DNA of 64,000 bases from Promethearchaeota archaeon (GTDB lineage: Archaea > Asgardarchaeota > Lokiarchaeia > Sigyniarchaeales > SOKP01). The stretch is taken from the NCBI GenBank assembly GCA_016839555.1, contig JAEOUA010000010.1, positions 160,001-224,000 of the forward strand. The letters run 5' to 3'. Position 1 is the first letter of the stretch; each line of letters starts with the position of its first letter. The position numbers and the translations under genes are program-made. The notes below the pieces were generated by a model. It did no database searches. It was not told the DNA's origin and worked only from the letters and a program-made list of their open reading frames with translations. Positions 32,480 through 41,830 of the stretch are shown here, piece after piece.

Positions 32480-33793
32480 TTGCGAATAAAATTAGAAAAA
32501 ATTGATTCTTATTTTTTAATTATTTTAATACTTGGGAGTATCTTGAGATTAATTTTTGTATTAACAATACCATTAAATGTAGATTCTTACCCATTCATAA
32601 GAGCGGCAATGGGGATCCTTGAATTAGATTATAATAAATATGGAACTTTTCGACCTCCAGGATTTCCTCTTCTAATTGTTCCATTCCTCATTTTGACTGG
32701 AAATGGCAGCGCAGCAGCAAAATTGGCTTCCTTTACCTCTAGTATTCTCTTAATAATTTGTTGCTTTTATGTATTTAGAAACGCTTCTATGAGATTTTTT
32801 AGTGAAAGTGAAAAAAAAAGAGAAAAAGCTACTTATATTGGCTTTTTAGTGAGTTTTTTAATCTCAATGAATATTTATTTTATAGTTCATCCCGGTTATG
32901 GAATAAGAGAAGAATATTTAACACTATTGGGTATATTAGTTTTCTATTTCACCGTAATTAAAGAAGAAAGTACATTTAAATATAATATCTTTTTGGGACT
33001 TTCAATTTCATTGCTTACCCTCACGCTCTTAACCACAGGTCTGTTTTTCACGGTAGGAATTATCCTATTTGTCCTAATTTCAAGATTAAAATGGTTTAAA
33101 TTTAAACCTATGCCAATTAAAAAAGTATTAATAATTGTGATTGCTTTCTTTATCTCATTTATTTCTTGGGCTGTATTTAGTCACTATACTTGGGGAGATG
33201 CATTTTATAATTGGCAAGTTCAAAGTATTTTTTATGAAAATTTTTACAAAATGACTTTAGATTCAATTGATAATATAATTCAAGCTTTATTTAATGCTTT
33301 AACTGGTGGAATTCCTTATGAGTTTTATTATTTATTCTTTTTTATTAGTTTTTTCTTTATTATTATAGTGTTTTATATTATAATAAAAAATATTCGGATT
33401 AAACAGGTTCTTTTTATTTTTTTGGTGATTGGTCTTAATCTATTATATTTAAGTGTATTTATTGCTCCAAGTAAATTAATAAATATTCCGAATAGTTCAC
33501 GGGTTATGGTATATTTATTACCATTCTTCCTTTATTTAGGCGCTATTCCTTTAGGAAATATCTTAGTAGAATTGAAATATAGTAAGGAAAAATACTCAAA
33601 ATATATTATTTCTTTATTTATTATATTTTTAGTAACATATACTCTTAAAGGATTTCCATTTATATTTAAATTAGGATTTGGGGGTTTTCCTTTTCCAACT
33701 CATCCTTTATTCATAATTTTTTTATGCATTAACGAAATATCTATTTTTATTTTTCTTATAAAAACTAAAAATATAAAATATTCCTTGAACTGA
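32480..33793 (+). CDS. GT-C fold membrane glycosyltransferase, paralog 6
   Basis: DSYPF, RPPGFP, GIREE, GDA, SRV. Confidence 0.75.
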   Translation: MRIKLEKIDSYFLIILILGSILRLIFVLTIPLNVDSYPFIRAAMGILELDYNKYGTFRPPGFPLLIVPFLILTGNGSAAAKLASFTSSILLIICCFYVFRNASMRFFSESEKKREKATYIGFLVSFLISMNIYFIVHPGYGIREEYLTLLGILVFYFTVIKEESTFKYNIFLGLSISLLTLTLLTTGLFFTVGIILFVLISRLKWFKFKPMPIKKVLIIVIAFFISFISWAVFSHYTWGDAFYNWQVQSIFYENFYKMTLDSIDNIIQALFNALTGGIPYEFYYLFFFISFFFIIIVFYIIIKNIRIKQVLFIFLVIGLNLLYLSVFIAPSKLINIPNSSRVMVYLLPFFLYLGAIPLGNILVELKYSKEKYSKYIISLFIIFLVTYTLKGFPFIFKLGFGGFPFPTHPLFIIFLCINEISIFIFLIKTKNIKYSLN

Positions 33794-33858
33794 AAATCCC
33801 ATGAAAATATAATTCATTACAATGTCAAAAAACAATAAAAAAATCTAGGTAAAAAGAT

Positions 33859-34788
33859 TTGGCAGATGTTAATTATAATTTTCTTCTATCATTAATTATC
33901 ATTATAATTGGTTTTATTTTAAAATATTTTAACATCATTAAAGAGAAAAACGGAAAAATAATTGCAAAACTAGTATTCAACATCACATTACCAGCTATTA
34001 TTTTTCGAACTATTTATACGATTATTATTACTCCTCAATTGTTTTTATTAACTATTATACCCATTTTTTATGCATTTTTTATATTGGGAATCTCATATAT
34101 ACTTTTTCGTAAAAAAGACCAAAATATAAAAGGATTATTATTTATGTGTGTTTTAGGATTTAATGTTGTACATTTGGCTTTTCCCCTTGTCGAAGGCATC
34201 TGGGGAAAAGAAGGATTAAAATATATAGCTATGTTTGATATCGGAAATGGATTTGTAATATTCCTTCTAAGTTATTTGGTTGGATCTATATTTTCACCAA
34301 AAAATAATTTACTCCATCAAAAGCAATTAATGAAAAATAGTTTGAAAAAAGTTTTAACTTCCGGGCCGTTAATAGCTTATTTAATCGCTATACCGATAAA
34401 TATCTTTGGTATTATTATTCCTATCTTTATAATTGATATAATTGATAAATTTGCAGATGCAAATTCTGCTTTAACATTATTATTATTGGGGATATTTTTG
34501 AATTTTAAGTTTGAAAAAGATCAATGGAAAAAAATTCTTTCAGTTTTAGGAATTCGTTATTTTTTAGGTTTATCGGTGGGATTATTTCTTTTTTTAATCC
34601 TGCCTTTTAATTTATTATATCGTGGGATTTTAACTATTGCATTAATATTACCTATTGGATTGGCAGTGATTCCTTTCACTGTAGAATTCGAATATAATGA
34701 AAAACTTGCTGGCACAATGGCAAATATTTCGATAATTATTTCTTTTATATTAATGTGGCTATTAATCTTGATTCTTGGTTTTGGTTGA
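33859..34788 (+). CDS. AEC (auxin efflux carrier/malate permease) family transporter
   Basis: LVFNITLPAIIF, AFPLVEGIWG, LTLLLLG; about 10 TM. Confidence 0.85.
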   Translation: MADVNYNFLLSLIIIIIGFILKYFNIIKEKNGKIIAKLVFNITLPAIIFRTIYTIIITPQLFLLTIIPIFYAFFILGISYILFRKKDQNIKGLLFMCVLGFNVVHLAFPLVEGIWGKEGLKYIAMFDIGNGFVIFLLSYLVGSIFSPKNNLLHQKQLMKNSLKKVLTSGPLIAYLIAIPINIFGIIIPIFIIDIIDKFADANSALTLLLLGIFLNFKFEKDQWKKILSVLGIRYFLGLSVGLFLFLILPFNLLYRGILTIALILPIGLAVIPFTVEFEYNEKLAGTMANISIIISFILMWLLILILGFG

Positions 34789-34912
34789 ATTTTCAATAAA
34801 TTAATTATTAAATTCTAAGAATTAATATATTCAATAATAAGAGCTTAAAATAGAGATTGATTATTTGTATAAAATATTAATAGTTTTCTAAATTATTAGA
34901 CAAAACAATTAA

Positions 34913-36295
34913 ATGAATATAGCTGAGGTTTCGGAAAAAATTATGATAAAAAAGTGTAATAAATGTAAATATTATTTCCTAATAATTCTAAGCATAAACA
35001 TCATTGTTAAACTTTTATCTTTCTCATCTACTCCGCTATTTTTTGATTCCTACACATATTTAATTGCTGCACAAGATATTATTAATTTGAATTATGAATC
35101 TTATCGGGCACCATTTTTCCCACTCTTAATTGTTCCTTTTTTATTTTTAACTAAAAATCCCTCTCTCTCCATTAAATTAGTTTCATTTTTAACCAGTATA
35201 TTTTTAATTATAATTTCATATATTATCTTTTCTAAAGCAGCTATGAAAATATTTGATAGAAATAATGAAAATTATAAGCAGAAAGGAAAATGCGTTGGAT
35301 TACTTGTTTGTTTTTTGATTTCATTTAATCTATATTTTCTTTCCCATGATTTAAAAGGACTAAGAGAAAGCTTATTATCCATTTTAGTATTATCTATATT
35401 TTATTTTACGATTATCAAAGAAAATATGAAGTTACAAAACAATATTTTCCTAGCTTTATCTATTTCTTGGCTTACGCTCACGCTCTTGACCGCAGGAATT
35501 TTTATTACTATTGGAATACTCTTGTTTTATTTAATATCAAAATTCAAAAGGTTTAAATGGAAATCGATTGAAGGGAGAAAAATACTAATCATTACTTTAG
35601 CATTTATTCTACCTTTTTTCTTATGGACTTTTTTTAATTTGTGTAAGTCTCTCCCCCCTTTTTATAGTTTAAATGTTCAAAGCCTCTGGTTTAAATTCGA
35701 ATATGGTCTTGAAATCACTTCAATCAGTGGATTAATTGATGCTTCTATAAATGCTCTAATTTTTGGAGTGCCCTCTTTATTTATTTATCTTATAGTTTTA
35801 ATTGGTTTTCTTTTTATAGCGATAATGATTTATGTGTTAATTAAAAATTTTAGAAAAAGACAGTTTCTTTTTCTATTTTTCTTTATAGGGGTTAATTTAG
35901 CTTATTTAAGTTTTTTCATTACAACACCGAGAGTAATTATGTATTTTTTTCCTTTTTTCTTATATTTAGGTGCATTGTATTTAACCAATATAATCTTTAA
36001 TATTAAGAATGGACAAATTAAAAACAAAAAAACTATGGTTTACTTGTTAATGATTTTTCTAATAACCTATATACTTCGAGGAATAAATGGTCTATCGATA
36101 ATCTATTTGATTCTTCAATTTTATAATAATATCCCGCTAAATATTAATTTCTATAAAATTTTATTTCAATTTTCTGAGTCTTTTTCTTCTCTAGGAGCAA
36201 TCATTAGTATTGTTTTTTCAGTAATAAATGAAGTCGCACTTCTCATCTATGTTATTAAGAGTAGCTATTTGAATATCTCTTGTGAATTTTCTTGA
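34913..36295 (+). CDS. GT-C fold membrane glycosyltransferase, paralog 7
   Basis: DSYTY, RAPFFP, GLRES, TAG, PRV. Confidence 0.75.
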   Translation: MNIAEVSEKIMIKKCNKCKYYFLIILSINIIVKLLSFSSTPLFFDSYTYLIAAQDIINLNYESYRAPFFPLLIVPFLFLTKNPSLSIKLVSFLTSIFLIIISYIIFSKAAMKIFDRNNENYKQKGKCVGLLVCFLISFNLYFLSHDLKGLRESLLSILVLSIFYFTIIKENMKLQNNIFLALSISWLTLTLLTAGIFITIGILLFYLISKFKRFKWKSIEGRKILIITLAFILPFFLWTFFNLCKSLPPFYSLNVQSLWFKFEYGLEITSISGLIDASINALIFGVPSLFIYLIVLIGFLFIAIMIYVLIKNFRKRQFLFLFFFIGVNLAYLSFFITTPRVIMYFFPFFLYLGALYLTNIIFNIKNGQIKNKKTMVYLLMIFLITYILRGINGLSIIYLILQFYNNIPLNINFYKILFQFSESFSSLGAIISIVFSVINEVALLIYVIKSSYLNISCEFS

Positions 36296-36517
36296 ATTAT
36301 TATCTTTTTGTAGTTATATTTTGGAGAATTCGTTTATAATATAATTATTTGAAAGATTTATGCAATTCTCTTTATTGTTAGTATTTTAAATAGTAGCGTA
36401 TTGAAAAATTAGTCCTAAATAATAAAAACTTCAAGAGAATTTGTAAAGAAATTATTTTCAATAAAAAAAAATAAGAAGTTATGAGAAAAAATTAATTCCT
36501 ATTTCTATTTTTGATTT

Positions 36518-37066
36518 TTAAATTAGTTTCGTGAATTTATAAAGAGAATCAACTTGTTCAGAGAACTTAAAAAGATTGTTTTCGGTTATTTTTTCTTGGA
36601 TTTGTGAACCTTCATAATGATGATCATCCACCCAAAATGAACCTTCGGCTTTTAGGATTCGGTAAAATTCTTTAAGATTCTCAGTATAATTTTCCAGATT
36701 ATGCAACACATCAATTAAAAGTATCACATCAATACTAGCTTCTTTAAGATTTGTATTACAATCTGTTTGAATAGTTTCGATATTTTTTAATTGATACTTT
36801 TCAGCTTGTTTTTTAACTTTTTCTGAGGAAAGGGGGTGAACATCTGCAGCATAGACTTTTCCATTCGACCCCGCTAATTTTGCAGCAGGTATTGTAAAGC
36901 TGCCCGAGCCGCACCCATAATCAAGAACATGATCTCCCTTTTTTATATCCGTTTTTTCAATTTTTTTCATAGGGTCTTTAAAGAAATCCCTCATTTTGAA
37001 AAAAAAGGACATACCTTTAAAATCCATATTGCTTTTACTATTTTCTCTAGTTTTTATTTTATTCAT
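36518..37066 (-). CDS. Class I SAM-dependent methyltransferase (UbiE-like)
   Basis: VLDYGCGSG, VYAAD, DVLH, RILK. Confidence 0.88.
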   Translation of the reverse strand: MNKIKTRENSKSNMDFKGMSFFFKMRDFFKDPMKKIEKTDIKKGDHVLDYGCGSGSFTIPAAKLAGSNGKVYAADVHPLSSEKVKKQAEKYQLKNIETIQTDCNTNLKEASIDVILLIDVLHNLENYTENLKEFYRILKAEGSFWVDDHHYEGSQIQEKITENNLFKFSEQVDSLYKFTKLI

Positions 37067-37068
37067 TT

Positions 37069-37311
37069 TTAATCACTTCCCGTATCAATATCAAAAGATT
37101 CAAAAAATTTTTTGGCAAATCCCTGTAATTTAGAAGCTTTCATTAAACCCATTCCTCTATCTAAATCGCCAAACACTAAAATTTTATCACCTGGATTTAT
37201 ATCAAATTTTTCTCTGGCATCCTTAGGAATCGTAATTTGACCCCTATCTCCTACTGTTGTGCTTCCAAAAAATAATCTTTCTCTATTTCTTTTTTTCATT
37301 TTTTTTTTCAC
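37069..37311 (-). CDS. AbrB/MazE/SpoVT family DNA-binding regulator
   Basis: TVGDRGQITIPKDAREKFDINPGD. Confidence 0.92.
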   Translation of the reverse strand: MKKKMKKRNRERLFFGSTTVGDRGQITIPKDAREKFDINPGDKILVFGDLDRGMGLMKASKLQGFAKKFFESFDIDTGSD

Positions 37312-37335
37312 TCAGAATCTTTAGATTTTGATTTT

Positions 37336-37380
37336 TCATATTTATCATATAGATCATATTTATCATATAGATCATATTTA
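37336..37380. repeat. Tandem repeat of five 9-nt TCATAT(TTA/AGA) units (2.5 x 18 nt), probable operator of the AbrB gene
   Basis: tcatattta tcatataga tcatattta tcatataga tcatattta, 25 nt upstream of the AbrB start. Confidence 0.8.
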
Positions 37381-37509
37381 TTTGAATATTTAAATTTTTC
37401 TATTTTAGTATTCAATTTTTCTATGCACTTTAAAGATAATAAATTGAAAAATTAAAAAAAGACCTTTTAAGTAATCCATAATAAAATTATTGAATAAAAA
37501 AACACTGAA

Positions 37510-38832
37510 TTGTTTATGAAAAAAAAAATAAAAATAGGTCTTGTATGTTTAGCAAGAAAAACCTTTGATTTCGGGGCCGCCCATGAGATATATAAAAAAA
37601 TTCAAAAAGATTTAAGGCAAATAGAGAATGTTGAATGGGAAATTATAGAGGATCTTATTACTGAAATTGAGAATGCAAAACAAGGTGCCCATTATTTTGA
37701 CTCACAACAGATTGACGCCCTTATATGTATAAGTGGGACATTTGCCTTAGGTCATTTAGTTTTAGAATTAAATAAAGTAAGACAAAAACCAATCTTATTA
37801 TGGGGATTAAAGGAACTTCCTTATAATGGTGGTAAAATCCGACTAAATTCTGTATGTGGAATAAATCTCAATGCCTCAAATCTCTATAAAGCAGGAGTTA
37901 AAAATTTTCACGTAGTAATTGGAGATAAAGTAGATAATGATTGGATTGATGCTATTAGAATTATAAAAGCTTTCTCCGAAGCTCATATCGGAATAATCGG
38001 CTCCAGAGCACATGGATTTTTTAATTTAGATGTTGATGAATTAAACCTCTATGAAAAATTAGGTGTTTTAATTGATTATTATCAATTAAGTGATGTATTC
38101 AATCAAAATATTGATTATTTTAATCTTAATCAACGAATAGAGCAAATTAAATCTCTTTTCAATGTTTCAGATTTAAATTCAAATCAAATAGAAAAAGTAG
38201 CTGAATTAATAATTAAATTTGAAACCTTCATGGAAAAAAACCAATTAACATCTATGGCAATAAGATGCTGGCCAGAATTTGCAGAAAAATTTGGAATATC
38301 TCCTTGTGCTTCTATGTCAATTTTACAATCTGAAGGGAAAATATTAACATGTGAGGGGGATATATTAGGGAGTTTATCAATGATCGCTCATCAGGCTATT
38401 GGAGGAGAAACCCCATATTTAGCGGATTTTTCCCAAGTGGATTTTGAGAATGATTTTGGTCTTTTATGGCATTGTGGAGTAGCACCCTGTAATTTATGGG
38501 ATGGTAAGTGCGAGAGAGCTCTCGATTCTTATTTTGCTGGAGGGAAGGGAGTGACTGCCGATTTTGTAATGAAATCTGGAAAACTTTCCATTTTACGTAT
38601 AGATTATGCCCCAGGAGAATATAGACTCTTCCTTCAAAAAGGTGAAGCTATTCCAATGGATAAACAATTGAAAGGGACCTACGCAAAAGTTAAATTCCCA
38701 GATCATATTTCCAAAGTTCTTAATAAGATTATACATAATGGTATTGCTCATCACCTTTCCGTAGTATATGGGGATTATATTCGCCCTCTCGAAATCTTTG
38801 CTAAAATTAAAAATTTTAAAGTAATAAACTAA
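37510..38832 (+). CDS. L-fucose isomerase-like sugar isomerase, sulfoquinovose isomerase SqvD/SftI-like
   Basis: RKTFD, GGKIRLNS, AIRCWPE, CEGD, WHCG, HH motifs; co-oriented with YihQ-like GH31. Confidence 0.75.
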   Translation: MFMKKKIKIGLVCLARKTFDFGAAHEIYKKIQKDLRQIENVEWEIIEDLITEIENAKQGAHYFDSQQIDALICISGTFALGHLVLELNKVRQKPILLWGLKELPYNGGKIRLNSVCGINLNASNLYKAGVKNFHVVIGDKVDNDWIDAIRIIKAFSEAHIGIIGSRAHGFFNLDVDELNLYEKLGVLIDYYQLSDVFNQNIDYFNLNQRIEQIKSLFNVSDLNSNQIEKVAELIIKFETFMEKNQLTSMAIRCWPEFAEKFGISPCASMSILQSEGKILTCEGDILGSLSMIAHQAIGGETPYLADFSQVDFENDFGLLWHCGVAPCNLWDGKCERALDSYFAGGKGVTADFVMKSGKLSILRIDYAPGEYRLFLQKGEAIPMDKQLKGTYAKVKFPDHISKVLNKIIHNGIAHHLSVVYGDYIRPLEIFAKIKNFKVIN

Positions 38833-38865
38833 TAAAGATCAAAATATCTAAAGGGCGATAAAATA

Positions 38866-40839
38866 ATGATTTTAGAAATAAGTAAAAATGGTTTTAAAAT
38901 ATTTTATAGAAATTATCTTTTTATCAATCATAATACTAAAAATCCAGCCTTCAAATTAGGAATTGGTAAAGGAAAGTATAGTATGCGTATGGGTGATTTC
39001 AAAATCAGAGAGAAATTAAAACAAAAAATTCCTTTATCAAATTTTAAAATAATCTCAAAAAATAAAAATCAAACATTAATCGAACTTAGTTCAAAAGAAT
39101 ATAAATTAAAAGTTAAAATAGTAGAAAAACAGGAAAACTTATGGTTTCATTTTACCACTCCAAATGAGAAGATAAATCGATTTTGGATCTCATTAGTTGC
39201 AGAAGAAAATGAAGCAATATTGGGGTGTGGAGAACAATATTCTGAATTAAATCTTAGGGGAAAAGAAGTTCCTTTATTCGTAGAAGAGCAAGGTGTTGGA
39301 AGAGGGGACCCTCCTTGTACAGGAGATTGGTATACTACATATTATCCTCAACCAACTTTTATCTCTTCAAATAATTATTATTGTCATGTGGATACTACAT
39401 ATTATTCAAAATTTGATTTCACTGATAAAAAAAAACACGAATTATATATTTGGGAAGTTCCCAATGCCATTATTCTTGGGAAATTTGATAATTTATTAGA
39501 TACAATTAGCAATCTGTCTAATTACCTTGGAAGGCAACCAAAATTAGTTGATTGGGCATATGATGGACTCTGGTTGGGTCTCCAAGGAGGAAAAGAGGTT
39601 ATAGAAAAAGCAATTAAAATATGTAAAGAGCATAAAATTAAGTTAAGTGCAGTTTGGTGTCAGGATTGGGAGGGCATTAATATGACATGTCAAGGAAAGC
39701 AATTATTTTGGAATTGGGAATATGATCACAAGTTATACCCAGATTTACCGAATTATATTGAGGAATTACAAAAAAAGAATATAAAATTCTTAGGCTATAT
39801 CAATCCTTATTTAAATAATTTAGGATCTTTACATAAAGAGGCCAAGAAAAAGGGATATCTTATTAAAAATTTTGAGGGCGAAATTCTTTATGATGATTCT
39901 ACACCTGAAAATTGTTTTGCTATTATAGACCTTACAAATCCAGAAGCTTTTGAATGGATTAAATATGTAATCATTAATAATATGATTAAGATTGGATTAG
40001 ACGGATATATGTGTGATTATGGGGAATATACTCCCCTAGATATTAACCTTCATTCTGGAATAGATCCTGAAGCATTTCATAATCAATACCCTGTTTTTTG
40101 GGCAAGAGTAAATTATGAAGCTTTAAAACAAACTAATTCACTTGATAAGGTGACCTTTTTTAATCGATCTGGATATACACATTCTTCAAAATATGTCCCA
40201 ATCATGTGGGCAGGTGATCAATTAGTTACATGGAGTATACATGATGGATTACCTTCTATTATTCCTGCTGGGCTCTCATTAGGTTTATGTGGCATTGGTT
40301 ATTTTCATTTTGATATTGGAGGATTTCATTCATTAATGGGGCAAAAACGGACTAAAGAAATTTTTCTTAGATGGACTGAATTAGCAGCATTTTCAATTAT
40401 AATGCGTTCTCATGAAGGAATTAAACCCTGGGATAATTGGCAATATAATTCTGATGAAGAGACACTAAAGCATTTAAGCAAAATGGTCAAAATTCATATA
40501 AAATTAAAATTATATTTCCAGTCCTGCTCTAATATCTATCAAAAAAAGGGATTACCGATAATGCGCCCTTGCTTTTTACATTATGATAACGATCCTATTC
40601 TTTATGACTTAAAATATCAATTTTTAATTGGAAGAGATTTACTGATTGCCCCAGTTATTAAACCAAACCAAAAAGAATGGAATATATATTTACCAGAAGA
40701 TGATTGGATACACCTCTGGACTAGTCAAAAATTTTCTAAAGGATGGATAACTATTAGTGCTCCGATTGGAAAACCTCCAGTATTTTATAGGGCAAAATCG
40801 AAATATAGAGAATTATTTAAGGATTTAAAAAAGATATAA
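38866..40839 (+). CDS. GH31 alpha-glucosidase, sulfoquinovosidase (YihQ/SftG)-like
   Basis: GCGEQYS, EQGVGR, TYYPQPTF, WCQDW, WNW, CDYGEY nucleophile, WAGDQ acid/base, RSHEG. Confidence 0.85.
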   Translation: MILEISKNGFKIFYRNYLFINHNTKNPAFKLGIGKGKYSMRMGDFKIREKLKQKIPLSNFKIISKNKNQTLIELSSKEYKLKVKIVEKQENLWFHFTTPNEKINRFWISLVAEENEAILGCGEQYSELNLRGKEVPLFVEEQGVGRGDPPCTGDWYTTYYPQPTFISSNNYYCHVDTTYYSKFDFTDKKKHELYIWEVPNAIILGKFDNLLDTISNLSNYLGRQPKLVDWAYDGLWLGLQGGKEVIEKAIKICKEHKIKLSAVWCQDWEGINMTCQGKQLFWNWEYDHKLYPDLPNYIEELQKKNIKFLGYINPYLNNLGSLHKEAKKKGYLIKNFEGEILYDDSTPENCFAIIDLTNPEAFEWIKYVIINNMIKIGLDGYMCDYGEYTPLDINLHSGIDPEAFHNQYPVFWARVNYEALKQTNSLDKVTFFNRSGYTHSSKYVPIMWAGDQLVTWSIHDGLPSIIPAGLSLGLCGIGYFHFDIGGFHSLMGQKRTKEIFLRWTELAAFSIIMRSHEGIKPWDNWQYNSDEETLKHLSKMVKIHIKLKLYFQSCSNIYQKKGLPIMRPCFLHYDNDPILYDLKYQFLIGRDLLIAPVIKPNQKEWNIYLPEDDWIHLWTSQKFSKGWITISAPIGKPPVFYRAKSKYRELFKDLKKI

Positions 40840-40906
40840 TTAAAATTGAAAAATATTTTATAATTCAAAATTAATCTATTCTGAGATATCTTTTTATTAT
40901 CATTTA

Positions 40907-41563
40907 TCACGCATTATTCCTATAGATAAAGGTTAAGGAGAATAAAAAAAACCAAGAGTATATCACAAAAACCAGAATCCATTCAAATAAGGTTGCAAAG
41001 ACAGGAAAGTAAACATAAGCCATTAATAATAAGACCAAAAACGTTATAAAATATACAAAACCTGAAATTAGGAGGTAGCTTGGAATGCTTATTTTATATA
41101 TTAAATAGATTAATCTAATAAAAAAAGCAAAAAAAGGATATCCTATAAAAAGAAAGAAGGCAAATACATAGTGTAAATAAAAAGGATTTCTATCCAGACT
41201 AAAGATTCCTACTCCAACAAGTCCAATATTTCCGTTAAGTAGAAATGAAAAAGCTAAAATAGCTAATGCTCTATAGAAAATTTTATGTTTTATGTTTGTA
41301 AAATTTATTTCAAGTTTAAAGAGAAAAGATAAAAAAAAATTAAATATGAATGGAAACATAAGAATACCAGAAAAGATACATCCAAGATCAAATAGCAGCG
41401 GTAAGGGAGAATATAATTTTTGACCCAGATCACTCACTGCATTTAAAAATATAGTGAAATTCTTATCTCCGAATAATTTAGTAATTAAAAAACTAGTAAG
41501 ATATGAAATAATTAAAATAATAACGCTTAGAATTGTAATAATCTTTACATATTTAAAATCCAT
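40907..41563 (-). CDS. DUF998-like membrane protein
   Basis: AVSDLG, GVGIFS...LH, FEW motifs; multiple TM. Confidence 0.65.
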   Translation of the reverse strand: MDFKYVKIITILSVIILIISYLTSFLITKLFGDKNFTIFLNAVSDLGQKLYSPLPLLFDLGCIFSGILMFPFIFNFFLSFLFKLEINFTNIKHKIFYRALAILAFSFLLNGNIGLVGVGIFSLDRNPFYLHYVFAFFLFIGYPFFAFFIRLIYLIYKISIPSYLLISGFVYFITFLVLLLMAYVYFPVFATLFEWILVFVIYSWFFLFSLTFIYRNNA

Positions 41564-41830
41564 CTTCTTTATTAATAAAATTTAAAATTGTTATATAAAA
41601 GGAAATGAAATATAGAGACCATGAGCATTTATTAAAGATAAAAATTATTAACCTCTATAAAGATTTTTTCATTTCAATTAATTTTTTTAATTTAACTAAT
41701 AAAAGGTCCATCTTTTAATAAAAAGTTAGTTAATATAACATTTATATAAGTAATTAATTCTACCTTTGTAAAGTTTTCCTAATTAAAAAAAATATAAAAA
41801 ATAATTAATTTATATATAAAATAAAACAAA

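Noticed and set aside
24509-36295. Mobile element or assembly-collapse explanation for the GT-C array
   Set aside because: Copies are strongly diverged, and no transposase, integrase or terminal repeats were seen
37336-37380. CRISPR array
   Set aside because: Contiguous 9/18-nt units with no spacers and no cas genes
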